A stretch of DNA of 64,000 nt from Candidatus Geothermocultor quzhuomuensis (GTDB taxonomy: Bacteria > Actinomycetota > Aquicultoria > Geothermocultorales > Geothermocultoraceae): the NCBI GenBank assembly GCA_015711795.1, contig JACVJC010000011.1, positions 1,019 through 65,018 on the forward strand, read 5' to 3'. Below the pieces are notes generated by a model. It saw only the letters and a program-made list of their open reading frames with translations, had not been told where the DNA came from and searched no databases. Made by a program: the position numbers and the translations under genes. This document shows, in pieces, positions 47,446-59,145 of the stretch; position 1 is the stretch's first letter, and every line of letters starts with the position of its first letter.

Positions 47446-48618
47446 CTATCTTCTCTTTCTTTCCTTGATTTCCTTATAAATGTAAACTAATTCTTTATCA
47501 AAGAGAGCTCGCTTAAGCTCAACTGCCATCTTTCTTACTTCAGTCAATATTTCTTGAGCTTCTTCTGAAGTTAAATCAATTCCATACTCTTTAAATTTAG
47601 CAATAATTGCATGGGCACCAGAGTGTTTGCCGATAACAATTTGACGCTGAAGACCTACCTCCTCTGGTGAAAAAGCCTCATAAGTCTGAGGATTTTTAAG
47701 AACACCATCAGCATGAATTCCAGACTCATGAGCAAAGACATTGGCTCCAACTATAGCTTTCCAGACTGGAACAGTCCGAGCTGAAGCCAAAGCAACATAC
47801 TCAGATAGTTCACGGAGCATATGAGTTTTAATCCCTAAATCAATGCCTTCAGTGTACTTCAAAGCCATAACTATTTCTTCAAGAGCTGCATTTCCAGCTC
47901 TTTCCCCTAACCCATTCACAGTGGTATTTATCCAAGTCGCGCCGGCTTTTACTCCTGCCAAAGCATTAGCTGTTGCCATTCCAAAGTCATTGTGAGTATG
48001 CATTTCAATTTCAATATCTACAGCTTCCTTTAAAGATTTTATTTTCTCATAAGTTTTAAAAGGTTCTAAAATACCAATGGTGTCACAAAATCGGAGACGA
48101 TCAGCACCATATTCCTTAGCAACTGAAGCAAACTTAACTAAGAAATCAAAATCAGCTCGAGAACCGTCCTCAGCATTAACTGAAACATAAAGACCTCTTT
48201 TCTTAGCAAAATCAAGACTTTCCTTAATTGCATTAAGAACCCATGCGCGGTCTTTCTTTAACTTGGTTTGAATATGAATATCTGAAACGGCTATAGAAAT
48301 AGCAATTGCTTGAACACCACAGTCTAAAGAATGTTTTATATCTTCAATTACTGGTCTATTCCAAGCTAAAATGCTAGTCTTTAAACCAGCGTCAACAATT
48401 GCTTTAATCGCTTCTTTCTCACTTCCCCCCATCGCTGGAATCCCAGCTTCAATTTGGTGAACACCTATCTCATCTAGCATTTTGGCAATATGAACTTTTT
48501 CCTTATTGGAAAAAACTACCCCTGCCGTTTGTTCACCATCCCTCAAAGTAGTATCATCAATTTTTAACGGGACATTAGAATCTTTTAGGTTAATCTTTTT
48601 ACTCATTGTTTCCCCCAT
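47446..48618 (-). CDS. 2-isopropylmalate synthase / homocitrate synthase / citramalate synthase family, short form lacking LeuA C-terminal regulatory domain
   Basis: [13 protein letters not shown]..., [17 protein letters not shown]. 390 aa is HCS/NifV/AksA-like in length. Confidence 0.8.
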   Translation of the reverse strand: MGETMSKKINLKDSNVPLKIDDTTLRDGEQTAGVVFSNKEKVHIAKMLDEIGVHQIEAGIPAMGGSEKEAIKAIVDAGLKTSILAWNRPVIEDIKHSLDCGVQAIAISIAVSDIHIQTKLKKDRAWVLNAIKESLDFAKKRGLYVSVNAEDGSRADFDFLVKFASVAKEYGADRLRFCDTIGILEPFKTYEKIKSLKEAVDIEIEMHTHNDFGMATANALAGVKAGATWINTTVNGLGERAGNAALEEIVMALKYTEGIDLGIKTHMLRELSEYVALASARTVPVWKAIVGANVFAHESGIHADGVLKNPQTYEAFSPEEVGLQRQIVIGKHSGAHAIIAKFKEYGIDLTSEEAQEILTEVRKMAVELKRALFDKELVYIYKEIKERKRR

Positions 48619-48716
48619 AAGAAAATATTAGGTTAATATTTTATGAAATAGTATAAGTTAATACAAGAAATCTTACAAAGCCCATAGTTATGTTGCTGGC
48701 AAGCTGTTTAATTCCT

Positions 48717-49373
48717 TTATGAGCTGACCCAAGCCTTTAAACACTCGCGGTACATTTTGAGACGGAAAAGTAATCCTTTTAAAAAACCGTCCTTTTCTTC
48801 CTTTAAGTGCTGTGAAAGACCGTAAAGTTTTACCGTTTTTACCTTAAAACCCCTTTTCTTCGCCTGCTTACTTAGAAAAACCTCAACCCCAAATTTCATT
48901 GATGACAAACTAGGTAAGCTTTGGATAAATTCTTTCTTTATGCCTCTCTGACCATTTAAAATAGGAGCAATTCTTTGAGCTAAGTCAACTGAGGTTCGCC
49001 CACCAACAAACTGACCGACAGTCATCGCCAAATCATCTTCTTCAAAGAGTGGTTTAATTAAAAGTTCAATATGTTCTTGAGTTAAACCGATTAAGTCAGC
49101 ATCAAGAAAAAGAAAAATATCTGCTTTAGCCTCTCTTAAACCGCTCTCTAAAGCTGCTCCCTTCCCTAGGTTAGCCTTATGTTGAATTAATTTAACAGGA
49201 TAACGAGAAATAACCTCTAAAGTTTTATCACTTGAACCATCATCAACCACAATAACCTCGTTAACAAAAGGGCTATTCACAACAACTTTAAGAACATTTT
49301 CAATCCTTTTTCCCTCGTTAAAAGCGGGAATAATGACAGCTACTCTTGGTTGATTAATTTTTTTATTAACCAC
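48717..49373 (-). CDS. GT2-family glycosyltransferase (DPM1/dolichol-P-hexose-transferase-like)
   Basis: VAVIIPAFNEGKRIENVL...VVDDGSSDKT...DADL (DxD). Confidence 0.7.
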   Translation of the reverse strand: MVNKKINQPRVAVIIPAFNEGKRIENVLKVVVNSPFVNEVIVVDDGSSDKTLEVISRYPVKLIQHKANLGKGAALESGLREAKADIFLFLDADLIGLTQEHIELLIKPLFEEDDLAMTVGQFVGGRTSVDLAQRIAPILNGQRGIKKEFIQSLPSLSSMKFGVEVFLSKQAKKRGFKVKTVKLYGLSQHLKEEKDGFLKGLLFRLKMYRECLKAWVSS

Positions 49374-51102
49374 TTTTATCGCCTAGTTTCTCCAATTCTT
49401 TTTGAACAATTTCCCTACATTTCTTAACTACATCATCAGCACTTATTTCAAATTTTTCATTGGTTTTTCTTAACTTTATTTCAACTCTTCCTTGATTAAG
49501 TTTTTTCCCAATAATTATTTGGAGAGGGATACCAATTAAATCAGCATCAGCAAATTTAACACCAGGAGTAACTTCCCGGTCATCATAAAGAATTTCCAGT
49601 CCAAGCCTCTCAAGCTCGTGGTAAAATTTTTCACTTCTCTTTTTTTGCTCTAATGAGTCCGTAAGTAAAGGCAAAATAACAATCTGAAAAGGAGCAACAG
49701 AAAACGGCCAAATAATTCCATACTGATCATGGGACTGCTCAATTATAGCAGCCATTAACCTTGTAACCCCAATTCCGTAACATCCCATTACAAATGGCTT
49801 TAGTTCTCCTTTCTGGTCAGAAAAATAAGCTTTCATTGCTTCACTATATTTCTTACCTAATTGAAAGACATGACCAACTTCAATTCCCCTCATTTCTTTT
49901 AGCTCAACCTTACAGTTTGTACAAAGGTCGCCTAGTTTAACAAAGGTAAAATCATCAAAGCTTTCAACTTTAAAGTCAATATCAATATTAGTATTAATAA
50001 AATGAGCATCTTTCTCATTAGCACCAACCACAAAATTTCTCATCTTTTTCACATTTTTGTCCGCAACTAGCTTTATATCATTTAGTCCAATTGGGCCAAC
50101 AAAACCGGGAATAAGATTGTACTTAGTAAAATCTTCTTCTTTTAACAAATGAAGCTCCTTAAGGTCTAAAGAAAGAGCAATCTTTGTTTCATTTGCAGCT
50201 CTATCGCCAGGGATTAATACTCCCAAAAGGCCTTTTTCGGTTTGATAAATTAAAGTTTTGACAAGTTTTCCTGGTGAAACATTAAGAAAATTAGCTACCT
50301 CTTCGACACTACTTTTACCAGGGGTTGCTATTTTTTTCATTGGTAAAATGTTTTCTTCGAGAATGACTTTATTTTCTCCTTGTGCTAATTCAATGTTGGC
50401 AGCATAATTGCACTTTGGGCAGTAAAAAATAATATCTTCACCACTCTCAGCGATAACCATAAATTCCTGCGATTTTTTACCACCAATAAGCCCACTTGAA
50501 GCTTCTACTGCCCGAAATTCCAAGCCGCATCTTTTAAGGATTCTTGAGTAAGCGTCAAACATCTTTTGATATGAAACTTTCAACCCTTCTTCATCCAAAT
50601 CAAAACTATAAGCATCTTTCATGATAAATTCTCTTGCCCTCATAACACCAAATCGAGGCCTTATCTCATCTCTAAATTTAGGTTGAATTTGATAAAGAGT
50701 AATAGGTAATTGTTTGTAAGAACGAATTTCATTTCGAACAATCTCTGTAATAAGTTCTTCATGAGTTGGTCCAAGGCAAAAATCTCGCCCATTTCGGTCC
50801 TTGAGTCTTATCATCTCAGGCCCATACTCCCCCCAGCGCCCAGATTCTTGCCAAAGCTCAGCTGGCTGCAAAGCAGGCATTAAAAGCTCCTGAGCTCCGG
50901 AGCGATTCATTTCCTCTCGGATAATTGCTTCTATTTTCTTAAGAATGCGGGAACCTAAAGGTAAAAAAGTATAAACTCCTGCTGCTACTTTCCGAATTAT
51001 CCCAGCTCTAAGCATAAGTTGATGGCTTACAACCTCTGCTTCAGAAGGTACTTCTTTTAAAGTTGGAATTAACATCTCAGAATATTTCATTTTTAATTTC
51101 AC
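49366..51102 (-). CDS. proS: Proline--tRNA ligase (bacterial type with INS editing domain)
   Basis: Class II motifs and 578 aa. Conserved downstream position after ispG/rseP. Confidence 0.9.
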   Translation of the reverse strand: MKLKMKYSEMLIPTLKEVPSEAEVVSHQLMLRAGIIRKVAAGVYTFLPLGSRILKKIEAIIREEMNRSGAQELLMPALQPAELWQESGRWGEYGPEMIRLKDRNGRDFCLGPTHEELITEIVRNEIRSYKQLPITLYQIQPKFRDEIRPRFGVMRAREFIMKDAYSFDLDEEGLKVSYQKMFDAYSRILKRCGLEFRAVEASSGLIGGKKSQEFMVIAESGEDIIFYCPKCNYAANIELAQGENKVILEENILPMKKIATPGKSSVEEVANFLNVSPGKLVKTLIYQTEKGLLGVLIPGDRAANETKIALSLDLKELHLLKEEDFTKYNLIPGFVGPIGLNDIKLVADKNVKKMRNFVVGANEKDAHFINTNIDIDFKVESFDDFTFVKLGDLCTNCKVELKEMRGIEVGHVFQLGKKYSEAMKAYFSDQKGELKPFVMGCYGIGVTRLMAAIIEQSHDQYGIIWPFSVAPFQIVILPLLTDSLEQKKRSEKFYHELERLGLEILYDDREVTPGVKFADADLIGIPLQIIIGKKLNQGRVEIKLRKTNEKFEISADDVVKKCREIVQKELEKLGDKSG

Positions 51103-51116
51103 CTTTCTCTTAAAAA

Positions 51117-52199
51117 TTAATTGCCTTTCTCTAATAAGTCAATTTCTTCAAACAAAACTTCAAGAAGTCGATCCTCTGATACTTTCCTAACTACTTTACC
51201 GTGTTTAAAAAGCACACCCGCCTTCTTGCCACCAGCAATACCAATATCAGCTTCCTTAGCTTCCCCTGGTCCATTGACAACACACCCCATAACAGCAACT
51301 TTAATCGGCAATTTAACCTTCATCAACTTTTTCTCAACTTTCTCAGCTAAAGGAATTAAGTCAATTTCACAACGCGAACAGGTTGGACAAGAAACAAGAT
51401 CAGCTCCCTTCTTCAAACCAAGCGCTTTTAAGATTTCAATCCCAACCAAAACTTCCTTCACTGGATTGGTGGTAAGCGAAACTCGAATGGTATCACCAAT
51501 TCCTTCCTCAAGTAAGACACCCAGTCCTATTGATGATTTAACTGTTCCTGACAGGTAAGTTCCTGCCTCGGTAATCCCAAGATGAAATGGATGTTCCGTT
51601 TTTTTAGCTAAAAGCCGATAAGCATTAATTGTAACTAAGGGCGAAGAAGATTTTACCGAAAAAACAATATCCTTAAAGCCATTTTCTTCTAAAAAAGCTC
51701 CATATTCAGCTGCCCCTTGAGCTAAAGTAAAAGCAAGATTTTTTGTTCTTTGAAACTTTTTAGGTAAAGAACCAGTATTTAAGCCAACCCTAATTGGAAT
51801 TCCTCTCTTTTTTGCTTTTTTTAAAATCTCTTTAACCTTTGTTAAGCCCCCAATTGTCCCGGGGTTGATTCTAATTTTATCTACACCCGCCTCAATTGAT
51901 TTTAAAGCTAAGCGGTAATCAAAATGAATATCAGCGACTAAAGGGATACTAATTTTCTCTTTAATTTTAGGTATGTTTTCGACTGAAGCTTCATCAGGAA
52001 CGGCAACTCTCACTATTTCACAGCCAGCCTCTACAAGTTTTTTTATTTGGTTAAGGGTTGCTTTTAAATCTGAAGTTTTAGTAGTGGTCATTGATTGAAC
52101 TGAAATAGGATTATTGCCACCAATTAAAACTTTACCAACAGAAACTTCTTTGGTTTTTCTTCTTAAAATTTTTCTAATTTCCAAAGTTGGTACCTCCAT
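51117..52199 (-). CDS. ispG: 4-hydroxy-3-methylbut-2-en-1-yl diphosphate synthase
   Basis: GcpE family: TIM-barrel N-domain plus C-terminal CPTCSRC...GCVVNGPGE [4Fe-4S] ligands. Confidence 0.9.
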   Translation of the reverse strand: MEVPTLEIRKILRRKTKEVSVGKVLIGGNNPISVQSMTTTKTSDLKATLNQIKKLVEAGCEIVRVAVPDEASVENIPKIKEKISIPLVADIHFDYRLALKSIEAGVDKIRINPGTIGGLTKVKEILKKAKKRGIPIRVGLNTGSLPKKFQRTKNLAFTLAQGAAEYGAFLEENGFKDIVFSVKSSSPLVTINAYRLLAKKTEHPFHLGITEAGTYLSGTVKSSIGLGVLLEEGIGDTIRVSLTTNPVKEVLVGIEILKALGLKKGADLVSCPTCSRCEIDLIPLAEKVEKKLMKVKLPIKVAVMGCVVNGPGEAKEADIGIAGGKKAGVLFKHGKVVRKVSEDRLLEVLFEEIDLLEKGN

Positions 52200-53230
52200 A
52201 AACCATATCTTTGAAGGTCAGCTGTGATTAAATAAAGCATTAAAAAAAGAAAAAGGGCAAGCCCAACTAACTGAATAAAAGCCATTTTTTCTGCCTTAAT
52301 TGGTTTCTTTCTAATCCCTTCCAGAACAAGTAAAAAAAGCCTGCCCCCATCGAGGGGGGGAAAAGGTAATAAATTAACCACCATAACATTAAGGCTAATA
52401 AAAGCAAGAATGTAAAAATAAACATCAAAACCCATTCTTACAGCTCTAGCTGTTTCAACTGCAATTCCAATTGGGCCACTTGCAACTTTAAAGAAAAGAT
52501 TTTCAGCAATGACTTTATATAAAAGCTGGCAAATTTTAATGGTAAAAGTAACTGTTACCCCTATCCCTTTCACTAAAGCCACAAAAACTCCAACCCTTTC
52601 TTTAACCAGCTTACTTTCAATACCCAAAAACCCAAATGTTTCTCTTTTTGACAATATAGGGAAAAAGCGTAAAAGTTTACCATCACGTTTAACTTCAACT
52701 TTAATCTTCTTTAAAGGGGAACTTCGAATTATTTTAATAATATCATCCCAAGAATTAACTTGTTTGCCAGCGATTTTAACTATTTTATCACCGGACTTTA
52801 AACCAATTTTTTCAGCTGGGGTTTTAGAAAGAACTCTTCCAATAGTGGTACTAGGTGTATCAACTCCTTGGATGAAAAGAATCGCAATTAAGAAAATTGG
52901 TAAAATGAAATTCATTAAAGGACCACTAAAAATAATGAAAAGTTTTTTCCATAATGGCTGATTGAAAAAGGCTTTTTTTCTCTCTTTCTTAGAAACTTGG
53001 TCACCAAATTCTCCAGCTAGTTTAACATAACCGCCAAAAGGAACAATAGTAACTCCGTAAATAGTTTCTCTTCTTTTCAAAGTAAAAATCTTTGGCCCTG
53101 GCAAACCCAGCATAAACTCTTCCACCTTCACACCAAGCAACTTAGCTGAAATAAAGTGGCCAAATTCATGCACAAAGACAATTAAACCAAGACCAAAAAT
53201 TGCCCAAAAGTAAATCATCATTCTCTCCAC
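52163..53230 (-). CDS. rseP: RIP site-2 metalloprotease
   Basis: HEFGHFISA (HExxH in TM1), a PDZ insert, and C-terminal LDGG. Confidence 0.85.
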   Translation of the reverse strand: MERMMIYFWAIFGLGLIVFVHEFGHFISAKLLGVKVEEFMLGLPGPKIFTLKRRETIYGVTIVPFGGYVKLAGEFGDQVSKKERKKAFFNQPLWKKLFIIFSGPLMNFILPIFLIAILFIQGVDTPSTTIGRVLSKTPAEKIGLKSGDKIVKIAGKQVNSWDDIIKIIRSSPLKKIKVEVKRDGKLLRFFPILSKRETFGFLGIESKLVKERVGVFVALVKGIGVTVTFTIKICQLLYKVIAENLFFKVASGPIGIAVETARAVRMGFDVYFYILAFISLNVMVVNLLPFPPLDGGRLFLLVLEGIRKKPIKAEKMAFIQLVGLALFLFLMLYLITADLQRYGLWRYQLWKLEKF

Positions 53231-54375
53231 CTATTAACTATTTTTATTGCTTCTTTCCGAGCCCACCTATCAGCTTCCTTAACCTCAGCTAAACCTTTAA
53301 TCTTCAAAGGATTATGTTTTTCCAAAGTATCACAAATAACCTTAGAAATACCTGTAAAAGGAATTTTGCCTTCTAAAAAAGCATAGACTGCTATTTCATT
53401 TGAAGCATTCAAAACAGCAGGAAAAGTATCACCTTTTCTTGCTGCTTCTAAAGCATAAGCTAAACATGGAAAATTCTCAAGGTCAGGCTCTTCAAAAGTT
53501 AAATTAAGTCCAGGCAAGTTTAAAAATGGAACAGGTGCATCTTCTCTCTCAGGATAAGTTAAAGCATATTGAATTGGAATTCTCATATCAGTTGGACCCA
53601 AGTGAGCTTTGACTGAACCGTCTTTAAATTCAATCATTGAGTGGATAATGCTTTGGGGATGAATTACCACCTTAATTTGTTCATAATTTAGACCAAAAAG
53701 AAAATGAGCTTCAATCACTTCCAGTCCTTTATTCATCAAAGTAGCTGAGTCAATCGTTATTTTTTTGCCCATTTTCCATCTGGGGTGAGCAAGGGCTTCC
53801 TCAACTGAAACATCCTTAAGTTGACTTAATTTCTTGCCCCGGAAAGGACCACCTGAGCCAGTAATGATAAGTCGAGAAATTTCTTCTTTCTTTTCACCGA
53901 GTAAACATTGAAAAAGAGCACTGTGTTCACTATCAATAGGTATCATCTCCGCTTGACTCTTTTTAAGATATCTAATAACAAGCTCTCCTCCAGAAACTAG
54001 TGATTCCTTGTTAGCCAAAGCTAACCTCTTCCCTTTTTCAATAACAGCTAAAGTAGAATCAAGCCCAACTGCTCCCACTAAAGCATTTAAAACAATGTCA
54101 TTTTTGTCCCAAGAAGAAAGAGCCACTAATCCTTCTTCACCAGATAAAACCTCAAGCCGAGGAAGCAAAGAAAATCTCTTTAACTCTTTAGCCAATGAAA
54201 GGTCAGTTACCACTACTTTTCTTGGTTTAAGTTCACGAATTTGCTTAGCGAGAAGAGAAATATTCTTTCGAGCCGACAACCCAATAACTCTAAATTTATT
54301 AGGAAATCTCTTAATTACTTCAATTGCTTGTTGCCCAATCGAGCCAGTTGACCCTAAAATAGTTAAATTTCTCAC
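53218..54375 (-). CDS. dxr: 1-deoxy-D-xylulose 5-phosphate reductoisomerase
   Basis: ILGSTGSIGQQA..., LANKESLV, and full-length DXR. Confidence 0.9.
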   Translation of the reverse strand: MRNLTILGSTGSIGQQAIEVIKRFPNKFRVIGLSARKNISLLAKQIRELKPRKVVVTDLSLAKELKRFSLLPRLEVLSGEEGLVALSSWDKNDIVLNALVGAVGLDSTLAVIEKGKRLALANKESLVSGGELVIRYLKKSQAEMIPIDSEHSALFQCLLGEKKEEISRLIITGSGGPFRGKKLSQLKDVSVEEALAHPRWKMGKKITIDSATLMNKGLEVIEAHFLFGLNYEQIKVVIHPQSIIHSMIEFKDGSVKAHLGPTDMRIPIQYALTYPEREDAPVPFLNLPGLNLTFEEPDLENFPCLAYALEAARKGDTFPAVLNASNEIAVYAFLEGKIPFTGISKVICDTLEKHNPLKIKGLAEVKEADRWARKEAIKIVNRWRE

Positions 54376-54407
54376 TATAACCTCAAAAATTTACAATTTT
54401 AAAGGGC

Positions 54408-55190
54408 TTAAGAAAAAACCTTAAAAAAATAAAAAGTGAAAATTGCTGCAAGCATTAAACCATCAAATCGATCAAGGATGCCACCATGACCAGGGATTAC
54501 AAATCCTGAATCTTTAACCTTAAATTCTCTCTTCAACTTAGATTCGATAAGGTCACCCAAGGGAACAGAAACTCCAACAACAATAAAAAAACTAAGAGAA
54601 GTAAGGAAAGAAAAAAACCTCAATAGATATGATAAAAGGAAAACCAAAAAGCAAGCTAAAAAACCAGCTAAAAGACCCTCCCAGGTCTTATTTGGACTAA
54701 TTAAAGGAACCAGTTTATGACGCCCTAAGAAAGTTCCAAAAAAGTAAGCAAAGACATCAAACGCCCAAGTAGCAAGGAATAAAAAGAGTAAAATGTCAAC
54801 ACCGTTAGGTAAAGACCGAATTAGAAAAAGATAAGAAAAACTTAACGAAATGTAAAAACTACCAAAAAAAAGAGTAGAAACTTGAGAAAAATTCCTGTTC
54901 TTTCGGGAAAGAAGGAACCAAAACAAAAAAAGAATGAGTGAAAAAACAGCTGAAATTGCTAAGCCTAATTCCTTCAAAACCAAGCTAGCAAAAAAAATCA
55001 TTAACCCTCCCACTAAGGGAACAAAGAATTCAACCCAGCTTTTTTTCCTTAAAGTGAGATTAATAAACTCAATAAGACCTATGAGTAAAATAACTAAAAC
55101 CAAAAGAGCAAAAGGGTATTTACCTGTGTAAAGACAAGCTAAAATTATTAAAGCACCAATTATGCCACTAACTGCTCTTAAACTTAGCAT
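54408..55190 (-). CDS. cdsA: Phosphatidate cytidylyltransferase
   Basis: Polytopic. C-terminal KRxxxxKDxxxxxPGHGGxxDRxD signature (KREFKVKDSGFVIPGHGGILDRFD). Confidence 0.8.
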   Translation of the reverse strand: MLSLRAVSGIIGALIILACLYTGKYPFALLVLVILLIGLIEFINLTLRKKSWVEFFVPLVGGLMIFFASLVLKELGLAISAVFSLILFLFWFLLSRKNRNFSQVSTLFFGSFYISLSFSYLFLIRSLPNGVDILLFLFLATWAFDVFAYFFGTFLGRHKLVPLISPNKTWEGLLAGFLACFLVFLLSYLLRFFSFLTSLSFFIVVGVSVPLGDLIESKLKREFKVKDSGFVIPGHGGILDRFDGLMLAAIFTFYFFKVFS

Positions 55191-55200
55191 AATTAACTCT

Positions 55201-55947
55201 CTAATCTTGTTCTAATCCGCCAAATCTTCTTCTCCGTCTTTGATAATCATAAATAGCTTTGTAAAAGTGAAATTTTTGAAAATCTGGCCAAAGAACAGGG
55301 GTAAACCAAAATTCGGTGTAAGCAATTTGCCAAAGTAAAAAATTACTCACCCTCATCTCACCGCTAGTGCGAATGAGTAAATCAGGATAAGGCAAGTTAG
55401 ATGTATATAGATAATTTGAAAAAATCTTCTCCGAAAGCTTCTTTGCTCTTTCTCCCCCTAACAGGGCTTTCTGAACCAGCTTTTCAACAGCATCAACAAT
55501 TTCGGCTCTACCACCATAATTTAAGGCTAAAATTAAAACAAGTCCTTCATTCTTTTCTGTTTCATCAATTGCTCTTTTTAAAGACTCTTGAGTTAAAACA
55601 GGGAGTTCCTCCAGCCGCCCTATAGCCATCAATTTAATATTATTTTTTTTTAAATTCGGTAATTCCTTTTCAATCATTTCATTAAAGAGATTCATCAATC
55701 CAGAAACTTCTTTTGGTGGTCGCTTCCAATTTTCAGCTGAAAAGACAAACAAAGTTAAATATTTAACGCCAATCTGAACTGCTGCCTCCACAATCCTTCT
55801 CACACTTTTAACTCCAGCGCGATGACCTTCAAGGCGGGGAAGACCTCTCTTACTTGCCCAACGGCCATTACCATCCATAATAATAGCTACATGTTCAGGA
55901 ACCTTATTTAAATCAATTTTCTTTAAAAAAAGGCCCTCGCGAATCAT
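55201..55947 (-). CDS. uppS: Isoprenyl transferase (undecaprenyl-diphosphate synthase)
   Basis: HVAIIMDGNGRWA and LTLFVFSAENWKRP are cis-IPPS signatures. Confidence 0.9.
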   Translation of the reverse strand: MIREGLFLKKIDLNKVPEHVAIIMDGNGRWASKRGLPRLEGHRAGVKSVRRIVEAAVQIGVKYLTLFVFSAENWKRPPKEVSGLMNLFNEMIEKELPNLKKNNIKLMAIGRLEELPVLTQESLKRAIDETEKNEGLVLILALNYGGRAEIVDAVEKLVQKALLGGERAKKLSEKIFSNYLYTSNLPYPDLLIRTSGEMRVSNFLLWQIAYTEFWFTPVLWPDFQKFHFYKAIYDYQRRRRRFGGLEQD

Positions 55948-56004
55948 TTTTATAGCGAAGACCTCCCTTCACTTTACTGCTTAGCAGTCAATTTTTGTTG
56001 CTTG

Positions 56005-57316
<1,312 letters not shown>

Positions 57317-57322
57317 TTAAAG

Positions 57323-57928
57323 TTATAATTCAGAAACTTCCCCTAAAAAATAGCGCACAAACCTTCTAATAACAATATTTTCCCCTAATTTGGCTGCCAT
57401 TTCCCCTAAATAATCTTTAACCTTTATATCAAGGTCCTTTATGTAAACTTGGTCGAGCAAGCAAACTGATTCAAAAAATTTTTCTATTTTCCCCGAAGCA
57501 ATTTTCTCAGCAATCTCTTGAGACTTCCCCATCCTTAAAGCCTCTTCAATATAAATTTCCTTTTCTTTTTTGATTATTTCTGGTGGGACATCATCGCGAG
57601 TGATATAAAGAGGATTGGAAGCAGCGATCTGCATTGCAAGATTATGAGCAAACTCTTTAAACTCAGAGCTTCGGGCAACAAAATCGGTCTCACAATTAAC
57701 TTCAATTAAAACACCAATTTTTCCTCCACTATGAATGTAAGCATCAATTATCCCTTCCTTGGCAACTCTTCCCTCTCTCTTTTTTAAAGCTGAAAGGCCC
57801 TTCTTTCTAAGTATCTCGATTGCTAAATCCAGGTTGCCGCTGGCTTCTTTTAATGCCTCTTTACAATCAATTATCCCCGCTCCAGTAGTTTCTCGAAGCT
57901 GCTTGATAAGAGAAATGTCAACCCCCAT
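57323..57928 (-). CDS. tsf: Elongation factor Ts
   Basis: True start MGVDISLIKQLRETTGAGIIDCKEAL at 57928. The track ORF extends 30 codons upstream into the rpsB tail, and that extension is spurious. Confidence 0.85.
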   Translation of the reverse strand: MGVDISLIKQLRETTGAGIIDCKEALKEASGNLDLAIEILRKKGLSALKKREGRVAKEGIIDAYIHSGGKIGVLIEVNCETDFVARSSEFKEFAHNLAMQIAASNPLYITRDDVPPEIIKKEKEIYIEEALRMGKSQEIAEKIASGKIEKFFESVCLLDQVYIKDLDIKVKDYLGEMAAKLGENIVIRRFVRYFLGEVSEL

Positions 57929-57929
57929 C

Positions 57930-58931
57930 TCATTCCCCTTCTTTTGAGCTTTTCTCCTCAGTGGTTTTTCCTGATTTTTCTTTTTTCTTCTTTGGTTGTT
58001 TTTCGTCTTCTTTAACAACCTTTTTAGCTTTCCCCTTCTTTGTTTTTGGTTTCACTTCCTCTTTCTCCGGCTCTACCTTCCTTTTTTTCTCTTTTTTTAA
58101 AGTACTCTTCTCATCTTCTGGTCCAGCCGCAACTAAATCTAGAGACTCAACAGCCTTTTTTCCCATCAATATTTCTGCCTCTTCTTCAGTTTTCTTTAAC
58201 TCTTCTTCCGTCCTTTCTTCCATAGCTTCTAACTCAGCAACCTTAGATGCCAAAATTTCCTTTCCTTCAATAACCGCATTAGCGATTGTGCGAGTTATTA
58301 AGGTAATAGCCCGAATGGCATCATCATTTCCAGGAATGATGTAATCAACCTCATTAGGATCACAATTTGTGTCAAGAATCGCAACTATTGGAATCCCCAA
58401 CTTTCTTGCTTCCCTCACCGCTATCTCTTCTTTCTTGGTATCAACTAAAAAAATTGCATCAGGTAGCCTTTCTAAATTTCTAATACCACCCAAATTCTTT
58501 TCTAATTTTAACCATTCTTTTTCTAATCTCATCGCTTCTTTTCGAGGAAGATTTTCAAAAGTGCCATCTGATTTCATTTTTTCCAATTCTTGGAAACGCT
58601 TTAAGCGCTGGGTCACTGTGTTAAAATTAGTTAAGGTACCACCAAGCCATCTCTGAGAAACATAAGGCATTCCACACCTAATTGCCTCTTCTTTAATCGC
58701 TTCTTGTGCTTGTTTCTTTGTCCCAACAAAAAGGATTACACCACCTTCAGCAGCTAAATCTCGCACATAGTTGTAAGCTTCCTCCAAAAGCCCTAAGGTT
58801 CTCTGTAAATCGATGATGTGGATACCATTTCTTTCAATAAAAATATAGGGCTTCATCTTAGGATTCCAGCGACGGGTTTGGTGACCGAAATGGACACCAG
58901 CTTCAAGAAGTTCTTTCATTCCAACATCCAT
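57930..58931 (-). CDS. rpsB: 30S ribosomal protein S2 with ~100-aa Lys/Glu-rich C-terminal extension
   Basis: [22 protein letters not shown] is the S2 signature. Likely start is MDVGMKELL at ~58931. The C-terminal [26 protein letters not shown]... tail lies beyond the ~250-aa S2 core. Confidence 0.9.
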   Translation of the reverse strand: MDVGMKELLEAGVHFGHQTRRWNPKMKPYIFIERNGIHIIDLQRTLGLLEEAYNYVRDLAAEGGVILFVGTKKQAQEAIKEEAIRCGMPYVSQRWLGGTLTNFNTVTQRLKRFQELEKMKSDGTFENLPRKEAMRLEKEWLKLEKNLGGIRNLERLPDAIFLVDTKKEEIAVREARKLGIPIVAILDTNCDPNEVDYIIPGNDDAIRAITLITRTIANAVIEGKEILASKVAELEAMEERTEEELKKTEEEAEILMGKKAVESLDLVAAGPEDEKSTLKKEKKRKVEPEKEEVKPKTKKGKAKKVVKEDEKQPKKKKEKSGKTTEEKSSKEGE

Positions 58932-59145
58932 TTTTACCTCCCTTGATTCTTCTCCACCTACCACCTCTAACCCAATTGGGCACCAAGGGATTTTGGTAAG
59001 TGTACGTTTTAAAAGCTTTCCTAGTTTAACATAGGCCGAAAGAATTTGACAATAAATATCTTAAGATTAGACGCTCTTCTTTAGATAAAAGTAAGCCCAT
59101 TTCCTTTAAAAGGCTTCTACCCTAGCTCTTCTCAGCCCCACATTT

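Noticed and set aside
57929-58018. N-terminal 30-codon extension of the tsf ORF ([18 protein letters not shown]...)
   Set aside because: It is an out-of-frame reading of the Lys-rich rpsB tail. EF-Ts homology begins at the internal MGVDISLIKQLRE.
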